Assembly (NCBI RefSeq): GCF_052425735.1
Contig: NC_135769.1
Coordinates: forward strand, 30,194,001 to 30,258,000
Direction: 5' to 3'
From: Oculina patagonica
Taxonomy: Eukaryota
DNA length: 64,000 nucleotides
This document shows, piece by piece, positions 1-13,498 of this stretch (position 1 is the stretch's first letter; each line of letters starts with the position of its first letter). A program made the position numbers and the translations under genes. Below the pieces are notes generated by a model that was given only the letters and a program-made list of their open reading frames with translations, was not told where the DNA came from and did not search any database.

Positions 1-1869
1 GAAAGTTAACGTAATAAAGAATGTCTTTCTTGCATTCGGATCAAGGCGCAAAACGGCTAGCAACTTGACACCTTCAGGAAAATAAGTCATGTTTTTGTGC
101 AAGTCAGGTTTGGGCATAAAGTGGAATTCCAATTTCTTTAACCTTCAAGGAAAACAAAAATTGGTTCAATCGGAAATTGAGAGCTCGAAGTTGGCGTCGT
201 ATCGCCACCAAGTAGGCAAAACTTAATATATAGAAATGCTATCACTTCCATTTTTTTGTAGATATAAATCTTTCTTCAAATCATGCCAGTTATGTTTACT
301 CAACTACGATAATGGGTGGACGGCTATTGCCTCTTTTCAGCCTGAAGACTGTTCTTTTAAAATGTCATAATTTTTTTTGTGCTTTGTTGGTAGTTGTATA
401 AAGTATGTCAGTTAAAAAAACTGATTTATTGATTAAGGTCTTACAGTTGGGAAAAAAATAATGCGTTGCAAAAACAAATCGAGTGGGAAGTGTTTCTAGA
501 AAAAAACGAAAACTTTCCCAGATATTCTTGAATAGATTATTACACACATGATAAGATGAGTCTTTTTCCGGTTGTACTACAAAAGTTTAATTGAAAACTA
601 GAATCTTTGCAATGTCACTGGCTTGCCAAATGAGTAAGGGAAACGCTACTAAAAGAATAACATTTGAACAAAGTGATGTTGCGTTGCAGAATATTCCTTC
701 AAACACGAGCTCATACTTTAAATTCACTAAAGTCGTATATTATTTTTTTTATTTCGCAATATTGTTTCCGTTGAGTTGGTTGGCATCGACCCACGTTGAA
801 GTTTTAGCTTTGATACCAGATATGAAACTGCCAGAAGGGTAATATTTTTATTTTTGACGAGTGACCCCTGGATTTGCTAAAATTTTGCGATTTACACGTA
901 GTTGTTGAACGACCATTCACTACCCCTAAAGAAGGAAATAACAATTGTCGCAAAAGAAGGTTTTGGTGAACAAAACTCAGGAAATTGGACATTTTAAGTC
1001 TTTGTGGGATTTATTAATGTCGGTCAGTTCATTAGTCGTTGTTTGTTTTTTCCAAATTGGAAAAAACTCAGTGTGTCGGCTAGCAAACAAAACAAGTCAT
1101 TAAGTATTAGCAGTGCCGGATTATTTCGACACCGATGTCTAGTTAGCGCTGTGTTAGAATTTTAAAAGAAGATGAATCAAAAGTTCGCTCTCCATTCTGT
1201 TTGCCACACACTCTTTTAAAATTGTAGTCCTGGTAAATCAGTGGCACATCAATATACCTGTTTTTAAGTTGACCATTTTTTGGTTGTCGTTCTTGTCACC
1301 TGTCTGTTTGACATTGGTTGATATTGTTATTACTAAATAAATTTCCATATTATTATTTTCACACATCCGTACATTTTCACAAGTCTGTACCTTTTAAAGC
1401 CACGCGGTTGTTCGTCGGAAAAAAAAATATAGTATAGGTTATAGGGGGAGAGGGAGACGAAGATTAGATTTGTAGGTGGTAGGGTGAAAGTTCACTTAAT
1501 TGGAATATGAGTTTTATTTACTTTATTCTTTTTTTCGTGCTACATTTAATTTAAGTTAATTCGGCGAAGGAAAGACGCCCGAAAGGCGCTAACCGTTACC
1601 CTAAACCCTAACTTAATCACGAATAAAGACTATCTTCCTTAAAACACGAGTCACGTTTATTGTTTGACCATTTCACGAATGATGCATTTAATCATTACTA
1701 AAGAAAATGAGCTTTGAGCTGATTAGTTAATTTTTCTGGAATTTACCTATCAATAGCCTAGTGGCAAGGCTTGGTCTCTCAGGCGAGCTGACAGCTCGCG
1801 ACATTTTGGTTTTATGATTCGCGCCGTTTGTCAATTTCGCTTTACTTCTCTGAATGGGAAAACTCATTA

Positions 1870-2124
1870 CTGTCGATTGACACCTGTGAACGACGCGCGA
1901 AACTGCATGATGTCACGTAGCGGGTGACGAGAGAGTGACGACGGGAACAACATCGGGAAATGGGGAAGAAGAAAGAACCCGAGAAACGATGCGATCGGTC
2001 GAAGCAACACAGGACGAATCAGTGAAGCGCCCGACAGTGGGTGAGAGAGGCAAAGGCGCGCGGCAAACCACAGGACAGAAAGGACGGACGGAAAACGGGC
2101 GGGCACAGGTAGAGCAATCGACAG
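1870..2124. other. T-depleted GC-rich segment bounded by ~22-bp imperfect inverted repeats (MITE-like, TA flanks)
   Basis: Left ttactgtcgattg-ac-acctgtg versus reverse complement of the right end ttactgtcgattg-ctct-acctgtg; interior strongly A/G/C biased. Confidence 0.55.
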
Positions 2125-3753
2125 TAAGTATTCCGTCACTGTTGTTTCAAATCAGTGTTTTACACCGTGATTAATTGAGGCCTACTTAGTCTCTCCTGGC
2201 TCAACGATTAGCGGTTTTATGAACAATAAATGCTCTCAAACCGATAGAACTTTAAATTGTTTATTTTAAGGTAGATAAACACCAAAGCAGATAACAAATT
2301 TACCAAAAATAGTATGCCTAGCGCGCTTTTGAATGTAGAAAAACATTAACCCATTGGTAATGAATTTCTAAAAGCAATATATTGACTGAAATCAAAAACA
2401 TTCACCAAAATTCATATGTAAAAGCAACAGAACTTATAAAAAACGCATAACGATGTGATAGGTGGATTAACACGTCGCGATTCGTGTTGAAGTCATGGCG
2501 TAAGCGGTCATATGCGATAACCGTGGGCGAAATTGTAACGTCAAATAAGCCTCTTTGAAACATAGAATATATTTTTTTTTAATGGGAAATCACAAAAATT
2601 AATCTAGCCTTCCAGGATAAAAACTCGCATGAGCCCGAAAGAAATGCAGTGGTGTTGACTAATAATATATGAGAAGTCCCTAATTATTTCAGATTAAAAA
2701 GTCATAAACTGAGACTTTTTACGGAATAATTACAATGTAAGTCATTTTAACTCACATCGTATTGCCATCTTGTGTAATAATCTTCAAAAAATGAGAGCTG
2801 TAAAATGAAACAATGAACCCTTCAAGATCCATGATTTGTATCAGTTTAGTTTTACTATTTTTATTGCATTTTTTAAAATTAAAAATTTAACAAACCGAAT
2901 ACCAACATAACTTAGCAATGATCAAGCTTAATGTGCAAACCGACAGAAAGTCTGAAGTTCTAAAGACTGTTTTTAATTATTTATGGCAAAATTGTCCTCA
3001 GGTAAAAGATAAAAATATAAAACGATGCAAAGTAGTTGTTATTTGTCATTTTGTCGCAAAATGTGCTTCAGACTCGCAAAGTCTCTTATAAGAGATTGAG
3101 TCATTTATCAAAACATGAAAGAGAATAAAACACCATGATTACCGTACGTTCATTCGGCCTTCTTTCTTCCCCGAATTGCCTTAGCTTGCCTTGGATCAAT
3201 ACGAGTCAATAAGTCGACATTTGCACAAGACAGATTAACGTTATTATAAAAGCTGTCATCTCGATGGCTTGTTAAACACGGCAGCTGCTTCAAACTGCTC
3301 AATGTGTATGATCACAAGACCATCACAAAGTCTCGGATTACCGGTACTTAAATTGAGAGTTTTGTATTTTATTATATAAGCGAGTCATTAAAGTCTGTCA
3401 GTGACAAATTTACACAGAAAAACACTGATGTACAAAATGAGCTCTTACCAAACGGGTTTATTAACTGTCAGTTAATAATCTTATTCTGCATATTTTTTAC
3501 CTTTTGATTTTAATACAGAGGCGTTTATTTCTCACGTTGGTCTGTAAACTAAAGGAGAGTAAGGCCATAGAAAGGTAAGTGTAACTAAGGAAGTATAAAT
3601 TAAACCAACTTTCATGTAATGAAGAACAATTGTTCAGAGGGATAAAATAAACAATAAGATGCATGAGAAAACCAAGGCGCTGTTTTGAACCTTCCACTTA
3701 TCGTTTATGTGAGTTCGGTTAAAGTATATGGCAAATGCATAAAATCATATTAA

Positions 3754-4887
3754 GCGGAAATCCGCCAGGACTTCGAGTAGTTATTGGACAAAATTATGTA
3801 CCAAAACTATTTACACCTGATTGCAAGCTTTTGTGTTACTGCTTCAAATATCTTATCGAAAGAAATCTTTTCTAACAACACCACACATCGAAAACACATT
3901 TTGAAGTTCCGCTGAATTCCACTGAATCGCTTAAAAGATGTAAGCTTTTGCCCATAGCTTGTGAACTTTAAATATCATTTTCTCAGACTCGGATAAGAAA
4001 TTGTTGTACCAGAATTATTTCCACCTTATTGCAAACTTTTTTGTTACTGCTTCAAATATCTTATCAAAAGAAATCTTTTCTAACAACACCACACATCGAA
4101 AACACATTTTGAAGTTCCGCTGAATTCCACTGAATCGCTTGTCATGACAGAACAATGCCCACATGCACACGAGAAGACGCGAGAAGCGGAAAACGAACGA
4201 AGAGAAGGCCACGAAACGGGACGACAGGAAGGAAGGAGGAGGACGATGGTGGAAGACGACGCAGACGAACGACCGCACGACGGACGACGAACGTCGAGAG
4301 AACGAGACGCCCGGACGACGCAGCGCCCGCAGAGAGGCCCAAGACGAAAGGCGTGGGAAGCAACGCAGACGAATGGGGGAGAGGACGGCGAGGACAGAAA
4401 GACGGAAAGCACGGCAACGCCACGAGCGAGAAAGAGACCGGACAGCGGCACAAGAACGGACGACACAAAGCGAGCAGCGGGACGAACACGACGGCACGAG
4501 ACGCGACCACACACACCGGCGGGCGGTCGGCGGCGCCACAATGACGCACAGCGACACCGAGCGCCACGAAGAGGCGGCACACCGCGAGATGTCCGAACTG
4601 AACTCGGGAATGGGCCAACACGGGGCAAAAAAAAAAGAATCTGTTTTGACCTTTAAGACGAATATACAAAATGGCTACACGTGAGATTTTTCCTATGCCT
4701 TGTGAACTTTGAAATTCATTTTCTCAGACTCTGATAAGAAATTGTTGTTGGTGTTATCACGGATAATTACTTACATCTTTACCTTTTATTAAGGGTAGGA
4801 AATAACGCAATAGGATTTAAATTATTCTGGAAATTGATTTTTGTCCAACTTTAATAAATATTACTCGACTTCCTAGTGGATTCCGTC
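3754..4887. mobile_element. Kolobok-like non-autonomous DNA transposon, copy 1 (carries a ~510-bp insertion)
   Basis: TTAA on both sides (3750-3753, 4888-4891); imperfect TIRs gcggaaatccgccagg / cctagtggattccgtc; internal ~208-bp tandem unit; near-identical to 33766-34385 apart from the insertion. Confidence 0.75.
4141..4650. other. T-depleted insertion inside the Kolobok-like MITE
   Basis: Absent from the sister copy at ~34152. Ends gtcatgacaga / tctgttttgac (9/11 inverted match) with ctt on both flanks. Almost no T on the + strand. Confidence 0.8.
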
Positions 4888-5419
4888 TTAAGCTCTTACG
4901 CTATATCCAAAGCAAAACTTTTGTTTTCTTCTAGCGAGTAATTTTCCTTATCAGTAGTGCAAACAAGACTACTGGTTTATTTGTAGCTCTCGTATAAATA
5001 TAGCCGATGCTTAATAGATACTTTAAAAATTGGTAACTTTAAATGCTGTGTCCTCGGTTCGGATCTGATCCAAAATGTGACAAAGTCTCGGTGTAAGAAA
5101 TTTGTGTTGTGTCTCCTCTCTGTCATTTCAGTGTTGCTCAATGAAGTCGTTTGTGGAAGAAGAAGACTGAAAGGATTGTTAACGAAAATTTTACAACGCA
5201 AACTCGTTCATATGCAATAGTCGTTACAAAGAACTAGTCAGACACAAACAAAATCTACATTATTAAGAAATAAATTTACTTATCAAAAAACTTGGGTAAA
5301 CGATGAAAAGGTGAATAAGAGCATACAAAAACGGATGGGAACAAGGACATGCACACTCTTAGTTCTTAACAGTTTTCGTATTGTGATTTATTTAACATGT
5401 ATTGCAGTTTAACACCACG

Positions 5420-8400
5420 ATGTCGCTTTACACGGACTCAGACGCAGCCCAGATTGGCATAACCACAATGTTCTCCATTCTTGTGAGCACAGACCTGATC
5501 GGAAACACCATTGTCTTCCTTGTGATTATTTTGAACCGAGATATGAGGTATTTTTCCTGTTGTGAAATAAAAATGTGAATAGCTTGTGCTTTTCGTTAGC
5601 AATATCTTATTTTTCAAGACAACCGTTAATTTCCTTAGGTTGTTATATATTTTGAATGAAAGAATTCTCTAAATCAGATATTAAGTAATTATTGGATGAG
5701 GCTGAGTACGATATGAAGAATTATGCAGATCAACGAGGGTGTTATCCGCCGAAGCCGAAGGCTGAGGTGGATAACACCCTCTGAGATCTGCATAATTCTT
5801 CAGATCATATGAAAGCAGAATTCAATAATTGTTTTATTATTCATTCAAAATATTTCCAGAGCCCCAAATGCACAAACTGAATTTAATAGAGTTTTGACAG
5901 TAGACAAAGTACACAAATACACAACAACGTTCGCTTTTAAATTTGATTTAAACTTCAAAAACTCGGTTACCTTCATTAAATTTCTTGTCCTTTATAATGT
6001 CGATATTTAGCACTTGCTTGAAGTGTCTATTGAAGCTAAACTGATGAAACAAAGCGATGTTTTCGAGTACAGGTTTCCATCGTTCTTGCTTAATACTTCG
6101 ACGTAGAATTTTCGTAAAACCGCTCCAAGTCCTCCGCTGTGGCTGGATCAGGGATCTTTCCCTCTTGAAGATACGCTTTCAAAATCGATCGACTCCCCTT
6201 TGTTCCTTTTTCCATGTTGTGACTTTCCTTGTCTTCTAATAACTTTAAATTTTACCTCTTCGTAATGCTCAAATCTAGCGGCCATTTTCGCTTTTCAATT
6301 CAGTCGCGTGACGTCAGCGGTTCTTGGGAACGAGGTTGCGATCGGATAATCATCCTTGAAAACGAGGTTGCGGTCCAATAATTTTTCATATTGGACAGTT
6401 GCGATCCAATAATTGGAATTTCCTCCAAATTTGGTCGGTGCTAGCCGAATAGCTGGAATTAGCCGGGGATCGAAAGCCAATCAGAAACACAGAAATATTT
6501 TGAATGAATAATAATCATTCTTATTCCATTCCAGCTCTCCATTTTTGCTCCGTAACCTCTCTCTTGGAGGTTGTAAAAGCACATGTACCTTTTAGTACAT
6601 GATGAACGACTCTCCATTTTGCAAATCCCTACCTCTTGCTCCGTAAACCTCTCCCTTGGACGTTGTAGAAGCACAGGCACCTTTCTGTACACGCTGAACA
6701 ACTCACCTTTATTGCAAATTCCTACCACAAGCAGTTAGAAAATTGAAAAAAAGAAAGAAAATTCGATTGAACCTGCAGTTGTGTTTTCAAACAGGACTCC
6801 CATGAACATTCTACTACTGAACTTAGCTGTGGCAGACATGATGGTTGGCTTATTCATCGCACCACGCTTCATTTTGATTCACCTTTTCAAACATCCAGAC
6901 GGACTGACCGGTACGATGTTCTGTAAGCTGCTGACTGGAGGTAACTTGACATGGACTGGAGGGGCCTGCTCGGTGTTCACTCTGGTGGCCATCGCTTTTG
7001 AACGCTACTATGCCGTGATGTATCCGTACGGAAATAAAGGAAAACTTACCTACAACAAGCTGAAGGTACTTACTTGTTAGACAATAAAAACACTGGAGTA
7101 AAAGATAAACAATTTTTTATGTGTAAAGCCCCTAAGAGACATTTTTTTATTAATTTCACCACACACAGAAAACTACTTCAAAATACTATTACTAACACAG
7201 TTCACATTACAATTTATTACAATATATTCTTACAATACGACCACTTGCGCTAATTATACTTTAAAAATAAACGTATGCGCTACTTACAATACTGTTATTC
7301 ACACTGCTATCCATGCCATTTTTTACTCTACTTACAAAATTCCGGATAACGAATTTTTCTTAAGAAACAGGGGGGAGATTAACATTCCAGATTGAAATGA
7401 ACAGTTGTAGAATTCAAAAAGCCATTTTATGAATTATGTTTTAACAGATCATCATCCCTTTGTCATGGATTTCCGCAGTGATCCTCAACATCCCTTTATA
7501 TTTGACAATCTACTTTGATAAAGAAGCCGACTTCTGCATGGAATATTGGCCGAGTCCAGAATGGCTTCCCAAAGCTTACAGCTCCACCTGGTTTTTTGTT
7601 GCCGGCATCATTCCTGCAACGATCATGACTGTGTTGTACTCGAGAGTGGTGTATTCATTGTGGTTCAAACGAGGAGAAAACAATCCAGAGAGCACCCAAC
7701 AGGTATGTATTAAAGAAAGAGAGAGAAAATCTTCCGCTTTCTCATCGCTTTGACACAGAATCACGGGAGGAAATTTGGAAGAACGAGAGATGACGCATAA
7801 AAACATGAGCCTCAGGCGAGTGTTTTCACGCCGTTTTCGAGTTTCCCAAACCTACAGGAGTGTTCCTATTTCATAATAAGACTATTCGCTCTTGATTTCT
7901 ATAGAGTGAGTAGATGAATCGGTCTGACTCCAATATGAAAAGGAGGAGGATGCTCGGTGTCTTGCTTAGGGTTGTACATTAATTAGGGATTTTGGTCTCA
8001 CTCAGGAGGTAGCGTAGAACGCCAATTACTTTTAGCCGTTTAGTTTCTTCGTGGGTGCCACCTGGAGAAGACAACGCGCCGTCATAAAGAAACCACGTTC
8101 AGTGTGCAACCGCCGACCCCCCTCCCCCACCCGGGGGATGCTGAAAGAAAGGACCGAAAGAGGATCGCTTGAAAGAACTCGTCTAGTCTTTGTAAACCAA
8201 CCAACAAGTTTCTTCTTATTTTCTTAGGGTGTGATGAAAGTAAGAAAGAGAGTCACCAAGATGGTCTTGGCTGTGAGTATCATTTACGGACTGTGCTGGA
8301 TGCCAAACCTAACCATCTATGCACTGAACTACTTCAGTCCTTCGCAGAACTATGGTGATGTCACCTACATTACTTCCATCGTTCTGGTTACATGCAATTC

Positions 8401-8620
8401 CACTGTAAATCCTTTCGTCTACGTATTCGTGAACCAGAAGTTCAGACGCAAGATGAAGAGTTTGATATGCTGTGGCAGTTTTTGTAACAACAGAGTCAAC
8501 GTACCAAGTGACTCGACTAATTACTCGAATGACCACACTAATACAATCACTCAGCCCACCGTGGAAGAAGAAACTGGTCTTCGAGCGTCTAACCGCGAAC
8601 CGACCGCCTTATTAGATTAA
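5420..8620 (+). CDS. Class A GPCR paralog 1 (neuropeptide-receptor-like), 4 exons, ~348 aa
   Basis: Exons 5420-5547, 6795-7065, 7448-7702, 8228-8620, all GT-AG, intron phases 2/0/0, joining in frame (1047 nt). Motifs: TM1 GN, TM2 NLAVAD, TM3 C...ERY, ECL2 Cys, TM6 CWMP, TM7 NSTVNPFVY, helix 8 FR plus CC. Confidence 0.93.
5683..6515. mobile_element. Non-autonomous repeat with terminal hairpin and asymmetric inverted repeats (Crypton/Helentron-like) in intron 1 of paralog 1
   Basis: Long palindrome at ~5687-5830; ttattattcattcaaaatatttc (5834-5856) is inverted at 6492-6514. Confidence 0.6.
6536..6727. repeat. Degenerate ~90-bp tandem duplication
   Basis: ttgctccgtaa(a)cctctc(t/c)cttgga(g/c)gttgta(a/g)aagcaca... 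occurs twice in succession. Confidence 0.65.
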
Positions 8621-10277
8621 ACGCTAGGCTGGTTAGCATTTGCTAACCTAGTGCAAACGCAAGTAAATTTCTTAGTATAAAAGCAGGTTTAATGTTTTGT
8701 GATAATGTTCTGAATGCATGTGTTAGGAGCTTCCCAACACGAGAACAGTTGAGTAAAATACGTTTACTCTGCTTGTTTTCTTTTACATATTCTTATGTTT
8801 GCTCTTCTAAGGCAAGTGAGAACCACACCTTAACACAAACTCATCGCCACATGCATGCCACTGTTTTAAAAAAAAGAAGGTCCAGTATAAAAGAAGCATG
8901 GATCTCAATGTAAACAATGTAAACAATGTGTCTGAAACCACAAAGCGCTTCAGTTTCGGTAAGAGTGTTCTGTTGAATCATTTGAATGTTTTACATTTTA
9001 ATTTTGTTAATAGTATTTTTTCGAGATTTTAAGCAATCCTATTCTGCAGGTTGCTTAACCTCGCTATGTGCATTGACTGCAACAGTACAAATTTGCAATT
9101 GGCACCGAGAAAGTGTAAAATGTAACGTAGGAGGTGTCATCCTTTTTACAACGTAACCGTTAGAAAGACAGTTCTTTATTTTGACGAAAGTTGAATTACC
9201 CGTCAGAAAAAAATAGGGTCAATTTCATTCAACTTGAATGTATTGAATCTCAGCATCGTTTAAAACTGTAAGTGGCGTAGATTTCGCGTTATAGGAGATA
9301 AAGTCAAGTTAGCTGTGATGTCACAGACTTTCATAAGTCACTAGTGTCTGACGATGCTAAGTTTCATGCAAAATGTATATAGTTGTTTATATTAACTAAA
9401 AATATACGAAGAACTGTAACATCTGTGTTCTCTCTGCAGCTTTGACAATAGTAGTGTCTTTCATATTCATAACATCACTTCATTTACTGATAAAGCATAA
9501 GTACATTTAATGAAAAAAAAAAAAATGTTGGAAGACACGTCACTTGCAATTTCTACAGGGCAATATTGCAAACGATAATTGTACTAATTTAAATATAACA
9601 ACTTTACAATAAGAGTACATAAACAATAGAATAATGTTACCAATATAATATTAAATCACAGTTTACCGGGGAAAAATACCCAAGAAAAAATTAATGTGTA
9701 TCATCAACTAAAACTGACGATCGACTAAAGCGCCCCAATCACATACAATATACAATAATGTATGTAAATAGTACTGTTTGCATAACAGTGTGTGTCTTTA
9801 AGCCGTTCTTTGGAAACAAGTTGAAATATTAACAATTAATAAATTGTGGTTGTTTTTCCATCTTTCAGTTATTATTTAACGCCGTTCGTTGTTAATAACG
9901 ACTCAGCGTTTCCTGTAACAATATTCAGGCCCGGTGTAGGAGTTGAGAGGAGGGGGAGGGAGGGGTTAAGTTCTGCTCCATCATTGAAGTTAAGTAATTT
10001 TTAAATATTATACAATAACCACGAAATATGCTCGCTTTGCGGTTTCCGATGTAATCAGTTTCTGACAGCCATGTTTTACTTAATTGGCATTTTTTATTTA
10101 ATCTTTTATGTCTAGGTCTTCCGATTGCATTTTTGTTTCACTTAATTTGGCAAAAATTTCATTTTAACTTTAAATTTAGCCAATAAAACTAATGCGCGTT
10201 TATGTGCTCGCTTATTAGGTCGCACTGAGATGCTCAATTTCCATAGCTGAGATGAAATTGTACATTGGTACTAGACT

Positions 10278-10673
10278 CATCCTCGGAGACCCAGGGACAG
10301 TTTGTGGGGGCGAGGTAAGGGCGAAACTGCGGGAAAAAAAAATTGGCGAAGAAAGTTGGAGCAATAGAAAAGTGTCGTCGGGGAAAGAATATACGAGGCC
10401 AGTCCCAGACAGCTGTCAGCCGTGTGAAAACACACGAAGTGATTCTATAGTTACTGTTCGCCGATTGAGGAGAATAATTCAAAGAGAATACAAATGACTT
10501 TTTCTGCCCAATCAGGGAGCAGCATTCAGAGAGCTGTTTGAAACTGGCCTGGTAAGACCCTTTCCCCAGTTGTTTCTTTCTATCGCACAAACTTTTCTTC
10601 ACCGAACTTTTTTCCCCGCAATTTTGCCTTTCCCTCACCCCCACTTAAACTGCCCGATGGTTCTCAGAGTATT
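10278..10673. mobile_element. MITE with a 9-bp TSD (AcademH-like)
   Basis: TSD tactagact at 10269-10277 and 10674-10682; degenerate TIRs starting catcctcggagacccaggg. Confidence 0.65.
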
Positions 10674-12321
10674 TACTAGACTAGAAATTTTAGTTATTTT
10701 TCTAAAATTTTGATGACGATGACGACGACACCAAAACTACGACAAAGATGAATTGTATTTTATTATTAAATTCAGTATTTATAAAATTGATTAGTCTCGC
10801 TTTTACTGAACCTTTTCCAAACTATTGCTCTACTTTTCCATATGTAATTCAACTATCCTTTATGTTTATTTGTTATATGAATTTATCTAATTGTAACTTC
10901 TGTGATATAATATGCCGCTTCCTTGGCAATATTTTCGTATCCTTTTTTCTGCTAGGCATCAGTTTATCCTAGCTTTTCTGCTTAACAAGAACTTTTCCTA
11001 TCTTTTCTGTTTCAAATAGCAACATATTTTAGAACAATGGTGTTATTTTCTGACTTGTAAGGACTTTGCCACTGAGGCAACACGAGTAAATGATTGCGGC
11101 GGAAATAATGCTAACGGTTTTGCCAAATTATTCAACAAGAGCAAACAGAACCGCCACTAATAATCTAACTTGTCATGTGCACCTGTCGTTTCACGCGCTA
11201 ATTAGAAACGACATGTACACTAATAAAATTTAAGTCAGAAACCATGAAATTAAGGTTTTCAGTAACTCTAGAACCGCTTCTAACTGTAAGAAGGTAAAAA
11301 CTCAGGATAACTTAATTTCTCGCAGAAAATCGTCACAGAACTCGGGTGGCAAGTAAGTGTCTGATTTTTCAGGGTTGGGCTTAAGAGCACCAAGGGGTTT
11401 TGCCGTTATCCTCCTACATCGCTTTCGAGTCTCTCGTGAGGTTTTAATGTTTAAATGTCCTGTTAATGATTATCCCAAACAGCTTACTTCTGATAAGAAA
11501 GTTACACTAACACGATGGAGCCCTCATGTAGTTTTTCTTATCACCTAGATGATATGCTTCTGGTAAATGTAAAAGCTGTGTTCTAAACGGTATGAAACGT
11601 CTAAAAAACGCTTCTTAGAGTAAGCAGTGTTAATTGTAACTTGTGTGTACACAAGACGCATACATTCAAAATGCAAAAGCATTGCCCACGATAACAGTAT
11701 TGTAGAAATAATCTTCTTCGCTGGCCCTCCTATCTATAAATTGATAAGGAAATAAATGCGTTCGATGGTTTCGAAAACAACTCTTTCCCCTAAGCATTTC
11801 AGGTGACGTGTTATCAACTTCATGAGATAATCTTCTTTCACGAATTAGCGGTACAGTTTTCGAAGTATTTTGGAAGGGAATTTTTCATCAACAATCTTTT
11901 ATAAGTCTGGTTTGTTTTTACGCTAGACTGTAACCCCTGCTTGGGATGGTTCCAATTCTTGCAGTTTTCCCCGCTGATTTAAGTTAAATCACGAAAAAGT
12001 AATAATTAAAAATGAAAAGAAAACGTACATTTCAGCTGAAGATTTAAATAAGCTGGCGGGACACTTTATAATTCGATTTAGCAGTCCTGGTTTCAAAGTA
12101 ATAAGTTATGTCCACAACAGGATGTTACGGCGAACAAAAAACAAACAGCAGCATTATTAATTTTTTTTCATAAGATCTCTCATTCATTAGTTGTTTTTGG
12201 TTTTCAAATTGGAAACTGAATTGGATGCGTAGGTACAAGATTTTACTATGCGGGATTGTTTAAATATGCTTTGGGAGAACCGAACAGAAGTAATCCCAAT
12301 ATTGCCTTTTGAAGTCTCCAT

Positions 12322-13498
12322 GTATAAAATTACTAATTCTGATTGGCTAACGAAGGCGTGCAGCTTTCGTTTAACACGAGTGCAAAAATGTGTAACACGG
12401 GTGCAAAGTTGTAATAACAGTGCAAATTACAAATAAACACGGACGAAAACAACGACCGGGGTTTTTAGTAAACAAAAATTTGGTTTCACTAGAGAGACAA
12501 CAGTATAACACCTAAAAAATAGTTCTAAGAAACCAAACACAATTATTGGGACTTCGTTCTGGCTAAATGTTTGGAAAACGTCTTGCGAAAAGAAAAGAAA
12601 TATCGCCAACAAAATAGATGAAAACGAGCCAGCCGAACTAAAAGTTCTGCCCTAAAGTAAAAAGACAAAATACTGACGACTTGTCTTCGAACCAGACAGA
12701 TTACAGAGTGATGATAGCTACACTCGGCAGGCATGTGATAAACAAGGATACAAGTTTTCAATCAACCAAGTAAGTCCTTTGCCAAGTTCTTCTTGCTGGT
12801 CCGTCATCGGAAAACGTCCAAATAAAGTGCGAAGTTCAATCAAAGAAGACGTCGAGGTGCTATGCATGGAAGTAGGAATTTTCGGTGCCAAAACACCAGA
12901 AGCATTTACATAACTGTATCATATAGTTTGTGGTGACTTCTTGCATTTAACAACTGCCAGGTTTCTTTCATCTTTGGCCGCTCGGGGCTTACATCTCGGT
13001 TTTCAAAACGGCCGCCGTCCAGTTCTTGTTTACGCCGAGCTTTCACAATCTAAGATGTACGTTGTCTTTAGTCGATTATTATTAACCGAGTTCTGCTTCA
13101 AAAACGTATGAAAAACCTGAAAATAATCCTTCCAAATACCCAAGTTTACTGTACAGCTGAATGAATTTGAATATTTCGCTCTTGTGAAAGCTTGAAATTG
13201 ACATGTGTTTGCTGTGCTTCAACCAATCACTTGAATGAACATCAGAAAAGGCGCGCGGTTTCAAAATTCAACTGGTATTCGTTTTCTTTCTGTCCCTTTT
13301 TTTCATGTATATTATTAATAAGTAATCGCATGCTTTTTCTCCAGCAATTAGGAATAAATAAGCACGTGCAAATATTTTCAAAGACTACAAATTGCACTCG
13401 CCCTACGGGCTCGTGCAATTTTGTTAGCCTTTGAAAAATTTACTCGTGCTAATTTATTCTTAATTGCACTTGAAATCATGTGATTACCTATACTAATA
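12322..13498. mobile_element. Crypton/Helentron-like non-autonomous repeat with a 3' palindrome
   Basis: Starts with a ttctgattggc motif and ends in a ~185-bp imperfect palindrome (13313-13498) centred on gccctacgggc; same architecture as 5683-6515. Boundaries approximate. Confidence 0.5.

Noticed and set aside
1590-1615. Telomere-like ccctaa motifs
   Set aside because: Only two or three imperfect units; not an interstitial telomere array.
1867-2174. ORFs of 79-90 aa
   Set aside because: Same compositional effect.
4015-4684. Six overlapping ORFs of 129-182 aa
   Set aside because: They follow from T depletion (stop codons cannot form on either strand); the translations are low-complexity and show no domain.
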